Positions 1-9,054 of a DNA stretch of 64,000 bases are shown one piece after another. The notes under the pieces were generated by a model. The model made no database searches, was not told the DNA's origin, and worked only from the letters and a program-made list of their open reading frames with translations. The DNA lies in the NCBI GenBank assembly GCA_963663275.1, contig OY760183.1, positions 3,200,001-3,264,000 on the forward strand, in the 5' to 3' direction. The translations under genes were made by a program, and so were the position numbers. The stretch comes from Chloroflexota bacterium (GTDB lineage: Bacteria > Chloroflexota > UBA11872 > VXOZ01). How positions within the stretch are numbered: position 1 is the first letter of the stretch; each line of letters begins with the position of its first letter.

Positions 1-1
1 G

Positions 2-157
2 GCCACTGAAGAGGGCCTCTGGGCCACCTTCGTCCATCCCTCCCCCGGCGCGTCGGAGATCGTGTACGGCCACACGTGGAGCATCCGCTACGACGGGCTG
101 CTCTTCTACTCCTCCTACTACGACGACCGCCCCGAAGTCCCCCACCCGCCGGACTGA
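2..157 (+). CDS. C-terminal end of a Cache (sCache_2-like) domain protein, 5'-truncated by window edge
   Basis: Frame 2 reads ATEEGLWATFVHPSPGASEIVYGHTWSIRYDGLLFYSSYYDD...PD then TGA at 155-157, resembling the Cache pattern GxWxxYxxxxP...HxW...DGLxFxSxxY. Not in the ORF track. Confidence 0.6.
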   Translation, partial: ATEEGLWATFVHPSPGASEIVYGHTWSIRYDGLLFYSSYYDDRPEVPHPPD

Positions 158-172
158 CGGTGAATCGCATTC

Positions 173-255
173 CCCTGCCGGCGGCCACGCTGTGCCACGG
201 CAGGAGAGATCGAGAAAGGTCGCGACGAAGATTTGGTGGGCTGGGGAGGACTGAA
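173..255. repeat. att-like direct repeat, distal copy (hairpin arm + tRNA-Val 3' core)
   Basis: Shares CCCTGCCGG, CACGCTGTGCCAyGGCAGGAGAGAkCGAGA, GATTTGGTGGGC (230-241) and GAGGACT with 3395-3478. Arm-to-core spacing is 57 nt in both copies. Confidence 0.85.
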
Positions 256-534
256 TTGCGAACTTTTCGCTGGGAGATACTGATATAAGGAGGTGGGTCT
301 GGTGTAAGTCCAACGCCCCTTCCGATGCCTCCCCCGACCGCGGCGTTACGACGAGCGCACTGCCCAGGCGTTGGTCGTGCTGCCCGCCGTCGCGCACACG
401 CGGCGCCTGAGGAGCGAGAGGCCGATGGTGTGGGTCACTGCTACGTCAGCCCCCGTATCTCACAGCGTCGTGAAGGCGTTCGCCGTGGCCAGCAGGTCGA
501 CCCAGCCCTGGCCCGCGCTCGTACCACGCCGGCC

Positions 535-2751
535 CTACTTTGGCGCGGCCGTTATTGAGAACTTCGTGACGCGGGTGTTGGCATCGGGAGTCCAAGAGGA
601 GCCGCTATTGGTGGAGGCGGTGTACGTGTTGCCGATTGTCCACCCGACGGAGCCGGTTTCGTCGTTCGAGGCGGTAGCCGCCCAAGTGAAGCTGTAGCCG
701 CTGGTGGCGCTCAGCACCAGGAAGTAGCTCGTGCCGGCGGAGAGGTCGCAGGCGGCGCCGGAGCAACTGAAGGTGTAGGCGCCGTTCGCGTCCCCCGTGT
801 TGGTCAGCGTGACCAGGCTGCTGTTGGGGTTGGCGTTGCCGCTGCCCTTGGAGAAGATGCGCAGGGTAACGTTGCTGCTCCCGCTGCCCGGGCTGATTGG
901 GACGGTTACTTCGGACACGGTGTAGCCGTTGGTGTTGCTGCCGGTGGTGAACTCGTTGGCAATCCACGCGCCGCCGGACGTGCTGGGCGAACCCTGCGTC
1001 GAGGTTTCCGACAGGTTGCTGACCCCTACTGGCGTCGTGAAGCTGACGGTTTGGAGCGCCGTCGTCGCGCAGGCGGAGTCGCTGTACGCCTTGTAGGTGT
1101 AGTCCGCGCCTCCCGTCAGGCTGCTGAGCGCGTGGGAGTAGTCAGACTCGCCTGCCGTGCACGTTCCGATGGTCGGCGCAGTCTCCTTCAGCCACCAGTC
1201 CCCAACGTGCCCCGCCAACGTCAGTGTGGCCGTCGTGGGGGTGATGCTGGACGCGGAGAACGAATAGAGGTCGAACGTCGTCGCCGCCACGTGGTAGTTG
1301 CAGCCGCCGTCCGAGTAGGCTGCGACGGCGTGGGTTCCGTCCTGGTAGCCCGCGATGCCGCTGACGGTGTTTCCGGACACAGCAGTGCAGGTTCCCCACC
1401 AGTTGATGCGGAACCACCAGTTGCTCGGCCCGCCGATGAGCGTGAGGGCGACCGAGCGGTCGGTGTTCACCGTAGCCGTCAGGGTTGCGGTGGGAATGGT
1501 GAATGGCGACGACGCAATCTTGGTATGGCAGCCGCTGTCGGAATAGGCGGCGACGGAGTGGGTTCCCGGCTGGTAGCCCCGGATGTTGCTGACGGTGGTT
1601 CCCGTCGCCGCCGTGCAGGCGCCCCAGTAGTTGATGCGGAACCACCAGTTGCTCGGCCCGTTGGACAAGTTGAGGTTAACCGAGCGGTCGTCGTTGACCG
1701 TGGTTGCCAGGGTTGCCGTGGGCGGCGGGTCGGGAATGACGAAATACGCATCTGTGAGGAAGTCCGTGCAACCGGCAGTGGCGAAAGCGCTGGCCTCGTG
1801 GTATCCCGGCGCGTAGCCTTGGATGCCGCTGACGGTGGTCCCGGTTACCGCCGTGCAGGAGCCGATGCCGATGCGGAAATACCAGGGGGACGGCCCGTTG
1901 GACAGGGTGAGGTCAACCGAGCGGTCGGTGTTCACCGTAGCCGTCAGGGTTGCGGTGGGAATGGTGAACGACGACGACGCAATCTTGGTATGGCAGCCGC
2001 TGTCGGAATAGGCGGCGACGGAGTGGGTTCCGGCCTTGTAGCCCCGGATGTTGCTGACGGTGTTTCCGGACGCAGCCGTGCAGGTTCCCCAGTAGTTGAT
2101 GCGGAACCACCAGTTGCTCGGCCCGTTGGACAGGGTGAGGTCAACCGAATGGTCGCTGTTCACCGTAGCCGCCAGGGTTGTGGTGGGAATGATGAAATAC
2201 GCATCTGTGAGGAAGTCCGTGCCCGCGCAGCCGGCAGTGGCGAAAGCGGTGACCTCGTGGTATCCCGGCGCGTAGCCCTGGATGCCGCTGATGGTGGTCC
2301 CGGTTACCGCCGTGCATGTGCCGATGCCGATGCGGAAGTACCAGGGGGACGGCCCGTTGGACAGGGTGAGGTCAACCGAGCGGTCGCTGTTCACCGTCGC
2401 CGTCAGGCTTGCGGCAGAAATGGTGAACGTCGTCGCTGCTATCTGGTCGGCGCAGTTGCTATCGGAATAGGCCCAGACGGAGTGTGTCCCCAGATTGTAG
2501 CCCTGGATGCCGGTGATGCTGTTGCCGGTCACCGCCGTGCAGGTGCCCCAGGAGTTGATACGGAACCACCAGTTGCCCGTATGGTTGGAGATGGCGAGGT
2601 CAACCGACTTGTCGCCGTGCACCGTCGCCGCAAGGCTGGCAGACTGCGCTGACATTGGGGATGGGTAAGAACCGGCGACGGCCAGCAGAGCCAGCAGCAG
2701 GGCGGCCAGCCTGACCCAACGGGTTGCGGAAAATGCGCTTTGCAGTTTCAT
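535..2751 (-). CDS. Secreted repeat protein: six ~76-aa two-Cys beta-rich repeats, FN3-like module, C-terminal choice-of-anchor R-like domain
   Basis: Start MKLQSAF... at 2751 with signal peptide (RWVRLAALLLALLAVAGS). Repeats LxATVNxDxSVxLxLSNGPSxW(W/Y)FRI...C...GY...C; C-terminal SNL...FTTGSNxxGYxxxxV...LxAGTSYFLVL. The ORF-track start at 3087 is an unlikely extension. Confidence 0.8.
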   Translation of the reverse strand: MKLQSAFSATRWVRLAALLLALLAVAGSYPSPMSAQSASLAATVHGDKSVDLAISNHTGNWWFRINSWGTCTAVTGNSITGIQGYNLGTHSVWAYSDSNCADQIAATTFTISAASLTATVNSDRSVDLTLSNGPSPWYFRIGIGTCTAVTGTTISGIQGYAPGYHEVTAFATAGCAGTDFLTDAYFIIPTTTLAATVNSDHSVDLTLSNGPSNWWFRINYWGTCTAASGNTVSNIRGYKAGTHSVAAYSDSGCHTKIASSSFTIPTATLTATVNTDRSVDLTLSNGPSPWYFRIGIGSCTAVTGTTVSGIQGYAPGYHEASAFATAGCTDFLTDAYFVIPDPPPTATLATTVNDDRSVNLNLSNGPSNWWFRINYWGACTAATGTTVSNIRGYQPGTHSVAAYSDSGCHTKIASSPFTIPTATLTATVNTDRSVALTLIGGPSNWWFRINWWGTCTAVSGNTVSGIAGYQDGTHAVAAYSDGGCNYHVAATTFDLYSFSASSITPTTATLTLAGHVGDWWLKETAPTIGTCTAGESDYSHALSSLTGGADYTYKAYSDSACATTALQTVSFTTPVGVSNLSETSTQGSPSTSGGAWIANEFTTGSNTNGYTVSEVTVPISPGSGSSNVTLRIFSKGSGNANPNSSLVTLTNTGDANGAYTFSCSGAACDLSAGTSYFLVLSATSGYSFTWAATASNDETGSVGWTIGNTYTASTNSGSSWTPDANTRVTKFSITAAPK

Positions 2752-3125
2752 GTCAGCCTCTCTTTCAGCCGGAACTGGGTCGCCGCGCTGGGCGGGGCAG
2801 CCGTGAACACGCCGACAATGTAACTCTTGGCGTTGTCCACGTCGAACGTGATGCTGGTGGCGCCGTGGTCGAGCGCGGCGAGTTCCCAACTCGCGCCGCC
2901 GGTCGAACTGTAGGTTACGTGGTACGTGGTCGCGCCGGAGACGGCGGGCCACGAGGCGGACAGCGTGCCGTCGGCGCGTGTCACCGACACCGAGGTGGGG
3001 GCGCCGGGCGGCGACTGCGCCAGCGCAGTAGACGGCAGCAGCGCCAGCGCGACGAGCGCCAGCGCCACGAACGCGGCGAGCCGCCACGCCGATGAAGGTC
3101 GTGAAAACACACGTCGCATTCCCAT
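2748..3125 (-). CDS. Short secreted protein with one truncated fibronectin type III domain (possible remnant)
   Basis: Signal peptide then PPGAPTSVSVTRADGTLSASWPAVSGATTYHVTYS...SYIVGV. The FN3 stops before the last strand. TGA overlaps the next ATG (ATGA). Confidence 0.65.
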   Translation of the reverse strand: MGMRRVFSRPSSAWRLAAFVALALVALALLPSTALAQSPPGAPTSVSVTRADGTLSASWPAVSGATTYHVTYSSTGGASWELAALDHGATSITFDVDNAKSYIVGVFTAAPPSAATQFRLKERLT

Positions 3126-3270
3126 GTCATGCCTTTCAAGTAGTCACGTCAACGTGAATATACCGTGATGACTTGTCGCCCCTCTCATTGTGGGGGGAGG
3201 GCTCGACCTGGCTCCATCCTCGACACGGGGTTGAGCATGAATCGCTATGTAAGTAATGTGCCCATCAAGC

Positions 3271-3324
3271 ACTATACACTACTAGAGGACTATATACTTG
3301 TAGAGGACTATATGCTATCAGAAT
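3271..3324. repeat. AT-rich 18-bp tandem repeat x3
   Basis: ACTATACACTACTAGAGG / ACTATATACTTGTAGAGG / ACTATATGCTATCAGAAT. Confidence 0.75.
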
Positions 3325-3394
3325 ACGTTACCCTATTGTCAACCAAATTGCCGGCTGATTAGGGTTTAGACGCAGGAATGTGGAAGGCAAGGCA

Positions 3395-3478
3395 CCCTGC
3401 CGGGCACACGCTGTGCCATGGCAGGAGAGAGCGAGAGGGGGACGTGGCTGCGATTTGGTGGGCAAGAGAGGACTCGAA
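3395..3478. repeat. att-like direct repeat, tRNA-proximal copy
   Basis: Hairpin CCTGCC-G-GGCACA-CGC-TGTGCC-AT-GGCAGG followed by core GATTTGGTGGGC overlapping the tRNA 3' end. Matches 173-255. Confidence 0.85.
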
Positions 3479-3532
3479 CCTCCGGCCTCCACGATGTCAA
3501 CGTGGCGCTCTAACCGGCTGAGCTACTTGCCC
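3456..3532 (-). tRNA. tRNA-Val(GAC)
   Basis: Reverse complement GGGCAAGTAGCTCAGCCGGTTAGAGCGCCACGTTGACATCGTGGAGGCCGGAGGTTCGAGTCCTCTCTTGCCCACCA: cloverleaf, anticodon GAC, TTCGA T-loop, encoded CCA. Confidence 0.97.
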
Positions 3533-3630
3533 TTCCTCTATTGCGGAGTATAGCATGGGAATCACCCTTGGGCAATCGTTTCGAGCCGGCGCGCCGCCGC
3601 GCCGGCGGCACCGAACCTGGAATTGCGCGC

Positions 3631-5082
3631 GTGACAATTTCCATTCAAGACATCGACCTCAACGTCCTCAACATGCGGACGCGGATGCCCTTCCGCTACG
3701 GCATCGCCTCGCTGGAGTCCGTGCCGCACCTCTTCCTGCGCGTGACCGCGGACGTGGACGGCGCGGCCGCCGCGGGCGTCGCCGCCGAGGGCCTGCCGCC
3801 CAAGTGGTTTACGAAAGACCCCGACACCACGTTCGCGGAAGACCTGGACGAAATGCTGGACGTCATCCGCCAGGCCGTCCGCTTTGCCCTGGGTGCGCCC
3901 GCGGCGGCAAGCCCCTTCGACCTGTGGCGCGAACTCTTCCTGCGCCAGGCGGATTGGGCGGCCGATACACGCTACCCGCCCCTGCTCTGGGGCTTTGGCG
4001 TGAGCATGGTGGAACGGGCGGTGATCGACGCCTTCTGCCGCGCCGCCGGCACGACGTTCGGGCACGCATTGCGGGAAAACACCCTCGGCGTGCGCCTGGA
4101 AGCCGTCCACCCGGAACTCGCCGGTTACGCGCCGGCCGACCTGCTGCCGGAGCGCGCCAGCCGCGCGATGATCATCCGGCACACCGTCGGCCTGGCCGAC
4201 CCGCTTACCGACGGCGACGTGCCGCCGGACGAGCGCCTGAGCGACGGCCTGCCCCAATCGCTGGAAGCCAGCGTGCGCTTCTACGGCCTGCGGCGCCTGA
4301 AGATCAAGCTCTCGGGCGACACCGGCGCGGACATCGAGCGGCTGCAACGGATTGCCGGCATCATGGAGACCCACGCGCCGCCCAACTACGCCCATACGCT
4401 GGACGGCAACGAGTTCTATACGGAAGTGGAGCCGTTTCAGCGCTTCTGGGAGACGATTCAGGCCGAACCTTCACTGCGCTCTTTCCTGGCGCGCGCGCTC
4501 TTCGTGGAGCAGCCGCTGCACCGCGACGCGGCGCTGGGCGAGCCGGTGAAGGCGGACCTGCGGCGCTGGCGCGACCGGCCGCCCTTGATTATCGATGAGT
4601 CCGACGGCGAGATGAACAGCCTGGCCGACGCCCTGGCCTGCGGCTACGCCGGCGGCAGCCACAAGAACTGCAAAGGCGTCTTTCGCGGCATCGTGAACGC
4701 CTGCCTGCTCGCCCTCTACCGGCGGCGCGCTCCCGGCCAGGCGTTCATCCTGAGCAGCGAGGACCTGTGCAGCGTGGGGCCGGTGGCAATGATCCAGGAC
4801 CTCACCGTGGCGGCGAATCTTGGCATCGAGCACGCGGAACGCAACGGGCACCACTACTTCGCGGGTTTGAGCATGTACCCGGAAAGCGTCCAGGCGCAGG
4901 TGCTGGCGAACCATAGCACCATCTACCGCCGCCACGAGGATGGCTTTCCGGCGCTGGACGTGCGCCAGGGGCGCGTGGACGTTTCCAGCATCGTGGACGC
5001 CCCTTTCGGCTACGGCTTCGACTTCGATACCACCCAGTTCACGCCGCTGGATGAGTGGACGGTTGATTCGTTAGAGGATTGA
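3631..5082 (+). CDS. Enolase-superfamily (mandelate racemase-like) protein
   Basis: KIK, TLDGNE, FVEQP, IIDESD, SHKNCKG and ERNGHHY motifs. GTG start at 3631. Confidence 0.7.
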   Translation: MTISIQDIDLNVLNMRTRMPFRYGIASLESVPHLFLRVTADVDGAAAAGVAAEGLPPKWFTKDPDTTFAEDLDEMLDVIRQAVRFALGAPAAASPFDLWRELFLRQADWAADTRYPPLLWGFGVSMVERAVIDAFCRAAGTTFGHALRENTLGVRLEAVHPELAGYAPADLLPERASRAMIIRHTVGLADPLTDGDVPPDERLSDGLPQSLEASVRFYGLRRLKIKLSGDTGADIERLQRIAGIMETHAPPNYAHTLDGNEFYTEVEPFQRFWETIQAEPSLRSFLARALFVEQPLHRDAALGEPVKADLRRWRDRPPLIIDESDGEMNSLADALACGYAGGSHKNCKGVFRGIVNACLLALYRRRAPGQAFILSSEDLCSVGPVAMIQDLTVAANLGIEHAERNGHHYFAGLSMYPESVQAQVLANHSTIYRRHEDGFPALDVRQGRVDVSSIVDAPFGYGFDFDTTQFTPLDEWTVDSLED

Positions 5083-5128
5083 TCTGCCTGGATAAGTGGA
5101 ACGTGGATTCGCTTGCGGACTAATGGCA

Positions 5129-5425
5129 CACCGCTTTCCCACGTTACAACGCTTTCCCAATGTCCGGTAGCGCAGGTTTGCAACCTGCGCCCTCCCCTGT
5201 TTCGACCGGTAGCGTAGGTTTGCAACCTGCGTCGCGGGTGTTTGCAGGGCTGCGTCGCGGGTGCTTCCACGGCCCGCGAAAACCGTTCGTGCTGAGTGGG
5301 TCGAAGCATGAACGGTTTTCGCGTACAACCTACGGCTCATCCGTTCACCCTTCGACACGCTCAGGGCGAACGGATGAGCCTCGCCGCTGCGCGAACGGAT
5401 GAGCTTCGCCGCTTTGCGAACGGAT
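5129..5425. repeat. Intergenic REP cluster with short tandem duplications
   Basis: Two GGTAGCGyAGGTTTGCAACCTGCG palindromes (5166, 5208), a CCGTTCGTGCTGAG...TTCGAC..GCTCAGGGCGAACGG pair (5283-5373), and 18-, 23- and 25-bp duplications. Confidence 0.85.
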
Positions 5426-5459
5426 AATGCTCGGCGACAGCGCCCGTGCGCACTCCACC

Positions 5460-5882
5460 TCAGCCGCCCTCCTGCGCGAAGAGGAGAATGTGGCCGTTGC
5501 AGTCTTCGATTTCGAACTCGCGCAGTCCCCAGGGCTTTGTAACGGGGCCGTCCGCGTACTCCGGCCTGAGCGTGACTCCCCGCCGCCGGTATTCCGCAAA
5601 CAACGCATCGATGTTCACACAGTGGATATAGGTATACCCGGCCACGGTCGGCACCGCGCCGTGCCGCCGCCGGTAGCCAGTGAAACGCATCCGCTGCGGA
5701 CTCTTGCCTCCCCCGCCGCCGATGGAGACGCGGGCGTGTCCGCCGCGCGCCGTATCCACGAAGTCAAGCGTGAAGCCGAGAATCTCGCAGTACCACGCCG
5801 CGGTGGCTTCAACGTCCGCGACTTCCAACACGGGCTGTAGGCCGTAGAACCCGTACCGTTCGGCGTCGATGGGCGCGTTCAT
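5460..5882 (-). CDS. VOC/glyoxalase/bleomycin-resistance family protein
   Basis: PVLEVADVEATAAWYCEILGF and KPWGLREFEIEDCNGHILLF motifs. Confidence 0.88.
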   Translation of the reverse strand: MNAPIDAERYGFYGLQPVLEVADVEATAAWYCEILGFTLDFVDTARGGHARVSIGGGGGKSPQRMRFTGYRRRHGAVPTVAGYTYIHCVNIDALFAEYRRRGVTLRPEYADGPVTKPWGLREFEIEDCNGHILLFAQEGG

Positions 5883-5929
5883 AGAACCTTTCCTGGGTCT
5901 TGGAATGGATCTAAACTGCCAATTTGCGG

Positions 5930-7012
5930 TTATTCCTCAGGCTGGAACGGCTTCCCCAGCCGGATGACGCGCTCGGCCTTGGCGTACCAGCCCTGGGGCG
6001 CGTAGTCCGACGTGTGCAAGTAGCATTGCACGCGGACATCGGCGCTGCCGGCCGTAAACGTCAAGCGGCGGCTCATGGGCAGGGTGGTGCGTCCCGCGTG
6101 ATGGCGCGCGAGCGCGGCGCAGTTGACGAAATTCACCCCCCACTTGCGCTCCACGTGCGACCGTCCGCCGTAGCGGTCGTCGGGATGGGTGTGGGTATGG
6201 CCGCCAAGCCAGAGGTCGATCGCCCCCGGCCGCGCCGCCAGGTAACGCTCGAACGCCCGCGCGTCCGGCTGGTCGTCCAGGAAGTACAGATATGACGCGC
6301 CCTCCGGTCCGCCGTCGGCAAAGTAGCCGTGGTAGTGGCTCTGCCATGCGCCGTTCTCGTCCCGGCGGTAGCCCTCCCAGGGACCGGACGCCACAGTCGT
6401 CTCTTTCAACATGTGGTGATGCGCGGAGACGATGATGCAGTCCGGGTTCGCCTCCACCAACCCCCGCCACCAGGCAAAGGTCTCGCTTGTCACCGCGCCT
6501 GAGGGGTAGCCGCCGCCGCGCGGGTTGCGTCCCACCGGCGGGCAAAGATCGTTGCGGTCGCTCATCATCAGGAAGAGCAGGTTGCCGATGCGAAAGGCGT
6601 ACCGCTCCCACGTGCCCTCAACCGGATACGGACGCCGCGCCGCATCCACGCCGGAGTGTTGCGAATACTCACTCGTGGGATCAACCCATTTGCGGAACCA
6701 CCACTGGGTCGGCTCGGTGTGGAACGTGGCGTCGTGATTGCCCGCCAGGTTGTAGAAGTGTTCGCGGCGATGCCGTTCCGCCGCGCCAAACTGCCGCACC
6801 ACTTCTTCACCCTCTTCATCATCCGGCGAGCCCTGGTTGCCGGAAAGATCGCCCAGGTGCAGCATGACGTCCCAATCGAACGGCGGGCCGCCCGCATTGC
6901 CGCCGCGCTCCGACTGCCGGATCGCCTCGGCCAGGCTCTCCCGGCCAAATCGCTTGTCGGTACCCACGTGCGCGCAGCCGGTGGCCCAGACCGAGAAGGT
7001 CTTGCCTGTCAT
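5930..7012 (-). CDS. Calcineurin-like metallophosphoesterase
   Basis: LGD, GNHD, HHH and GHTH motifs. First motif is CAH instead of DxH. Confidence 0.75.
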   Translation of the reverse strand: MTGKTFSVWATGCAHVGTDKRFGRESLAEAIRQSERGGNAGGPPFDWDVMLHLGDLSGNQGSPDDEEGEEVVRQFGAAERHRREHFYNLAGNHDATFHTEPTQWWFRKWVDPTSEYSQHSGVDAARRPYPVEGTWERYAFRIGNLLFLMMSDRNDLCPPVGRNPRGGGYPSGAVTSETFAWWRGLVEANPDCIIVSAHHHMLKETTVASGPWEGYRRDENGAWQSHYHGYFADGGPEGASYLYFLDDQPDARAFERYLAARPGAIDLWLGGHTHTHPDDRYGGRSHVERKWGVNFVNCAALARHHAGRTTLPMSRRLTFTAGSADVRVQCYLHTSDYAPQGWYAKAERVIRLGKPFQPEE

Positions 7013-7309
7013 GTTTCTCCCTTCACCCGCCGCAAGCCGGATGAACCGGCAATGAAAACCGAACTCGCATCGTTATGTAAAGATAATCGTCCGCAGCCGG
7101 CGCCGGACGAGCGTAGCTATGCGATGTACTTTTACCGCTTCCAGCGTGCGAGCACACTGCCGACCGGCTTCTTCATGGTAAACGCACCTTCCAGAGGCCG
7201 CAAAGACATCCCCTCCGAGAATCGCTATCATAAGGGACAGCAAGCGCGCCGCGCAGGGCGCGGCCAGGCAGAGGCGTCGTTTCCCACACCCTCACGGAGC
7301 GGGCGCGGC

Positions 7310-8932
7310 ATGAATTCAGAATCTCCAGTCGGGCATTCCGGGCGCAGTCGCGGCAACGCGCCGGCAGGCTGGCTGGGCGGGAAGTTTCTCTCAATCGACC
7401 AAGCGGTCTGGCTCATCCAGGACGGCGCCGCCATCGGCGTGGGCGGTTTCGTCGGCATTGGGCATCCGGAGGCGCTCTCCGCCGCTGTCGAGCGGCGCTT
7501 TCTGGAGACCGGCGAGCCGCGCAACCTCACGCTCATGTACGGCGCGGGCCAGGGCGACCGCCAGACGCGCGGCCTGAATCACTTCGGCCACGAAGGGCTG
7601 GTCAAGCGCATTATCGGCGGGCACTGGGGCCTCGCGCCCAAACTGTGCCAACTCGTGCTCGACGGCAAGATCGAAGGGTACAACTTCCCCCAGGGCGTCA
7701 TCGTCCACCTCTTCCGCGACATCGCCGCCGGCAAGCCGGGCACCGTCACGCACGTCGGTCTCAACACGTTCGTAGATCCGCGTCTGGAAGGCGGGCGCGT
7801 CAATCCGGCCTCCACGCCGGAAGAACTCGTGCAACTCATCGAACTGAACGGAAAAGAGCACCTCTTCTATCCGCGCATCGAGCTTGACGTCGGCTTCATT
7901 CGCGGCACCACCGCCGATCCCGGCGGCAACATCAGCATGGAGCGCGAGGCGGTCTACGGCGAGATGCTCAGCGTCGCCCTGGCCGTGCACAACTGCGGCG
8001 GCATGGTCATCGCGCAGGTGGAGCGCACAATCGACACGCCGCTGCCCACGCGCGAAATCCGCATTCCCGGCATACTCGTGGACGTGGTCGCCGTGGCCGA
8101 CCCCGCCGAGCACTGGCAGACCTTCAGCGAGGACTTCAATCCGGCGTACGTATCCGACACCAGCGGCGCGCTGCCGGAAGTCCCGCCGCACCCGCTCGAC
8201 GCGCGCAAGGTCATCGCCCGCCGCGCCGCGCTGGAACTCCGCAAGGGCGACGTGGTCAATCTCGGCATCGGCCTGCCGGAGAGCGTGGCGGCGGTGGCGG
8301 CGGAAGAAGGCATAATCGACGATCTGGTGATGACCGTGGAAAGCGGCGCGATTGGCGGCGTCCCCGCGGGCGGCCTCTCCTTCGGCGCTTCGTCTATGCC
8401 CACCGCGCTGATCGACTCGCCCTACATGTTCGACTTCTACGACGGCGGCGGGCTGGACATCGCCTGCCTGGGCGCGGCGCAGATCGACGCCGCCGGCAAC
8501 GTGAACGTCAGCCGCTTCGGCAGCGTCGTGCCGGGCGCCGGCGGCTTCGTGAACATCAGCCACAACGCGAAACGGGTCGTCTTCTGCGGCACCTTCACGG
8601 CCGGCGGCCTGGACGTCCGCATCCAGGACGACGCGCTGCGCATCGTGCGCGAGGGCGCGCATCCCAAGCTGGTGCACGCCGTGGAACAGGTCACCTTCAA
8701 CGGCGCGTATGCCCGCTCGCTGGGGCGCGAGATCATCTACGTCACCGAACGGGCGGTCTTTACGCTTACCGATGACGGGCTTACACTCACGGAGATTGCG
8801 CCCGGCGTGGACTTAGAGAGAGACCTGCTGGCCCACATGGCGTTCAAACCCCATATCGCGCCCGCATTGCGTCCTATGGACGCGCGCTTGTTCCGCGACG
8901 CGCCGATGGACCTGGCAGGGGCGTTCTCGTAA
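7310..8932 (+). CDS. Acyl-CoA:acetate/3-ketoacid (propionate) CoA-transferase, fused alpha/beta type
   Basis: [20 protein letters not shown], catalytic ESG, GNVNVS, GGFVNIS and YVTERAVF motifs. Confidence 0.92.
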   Translation: MNSESPVGHSGRSRGNAPAGWLGGKFLSIDQAVWLIQDGAAIGVGGFVGIGHPEALSAAVERRFLETGEPRNLTLMYGAGQGDRQTRGLNHFGHEGLVKRIIGGHWGLAPKLCQLVLDGKIEGYNFPQGVIVHLFRDIAAGKPGTVTHVGLNTFVDPRLEGGRVNPASTPEELVQLIELNGKEHLFYPRIELDVGFIRGTTADPGGNISMEREAVYGEMLSVALAVHNCGGMVIAQVERTIDTPLPTREIRIPGILVDVVAVADPAEHWQTFSEDFNPAYVSDTSGALPEVPPHPLDARKVIARRAALELRKGDVVNLGIGLPESVAAVAAEEGIIDDLVMTVESGAIGGVPAGGLSFGASSMPTALIDSPYMFDFYDGGGLDIACLGAAQIDAAGNVNVSRFGSVVPGAGGFVNISHNAKRVVFCGTFTAGGLDVRIQDDALRIVREGAHPKLVHAVEQVTFNGAYARSLGREIIYVTERAVFTLTDDGLTLTEIAPGVDLERDLLAHMAFKPHIAPALRPMDARLFRDAPMDLAGAFS

Positions 8933-9054
8933 GTTCGAATTGGCCCGCGATGAGCGCCATGCGCGCCCGCCGGCGCTCTGCAATAGACTACTATCTGAAC
9001 CAGCGAGAACGTGAACAGGCTCCAGCGAGCGCCTTCACGCAACAGGAGTTGAAA

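Larger units (their letters stand above)
242..3463. mobile_element. Integrase-less cassette/mini-island integrated at tRNA-Val(GAC) 3' end
   Basis: Bounded by the duplicated core GATTTGGTGGGC (230-241 and 3452-3463) containing the tRNA CCA end. Cargo is two secreted-protein ORFs; no recombinase ORF inside. Confidence 0.7.

Noticed and set aside
76-288. 70-aa ORF as a real gene
   Set aside because: Its first half overlaps the Cache-domain CDS in another frame. Only the last ~40 codons are informative, as a recombinase-tail relic.
2752-3087. N-terminal 112 aa of the 850-aa ORF
   Set aside because: Arg-rich shadow frame of the FN3 gene; the signal peptide and ATGA coupling point to a start at 2751.
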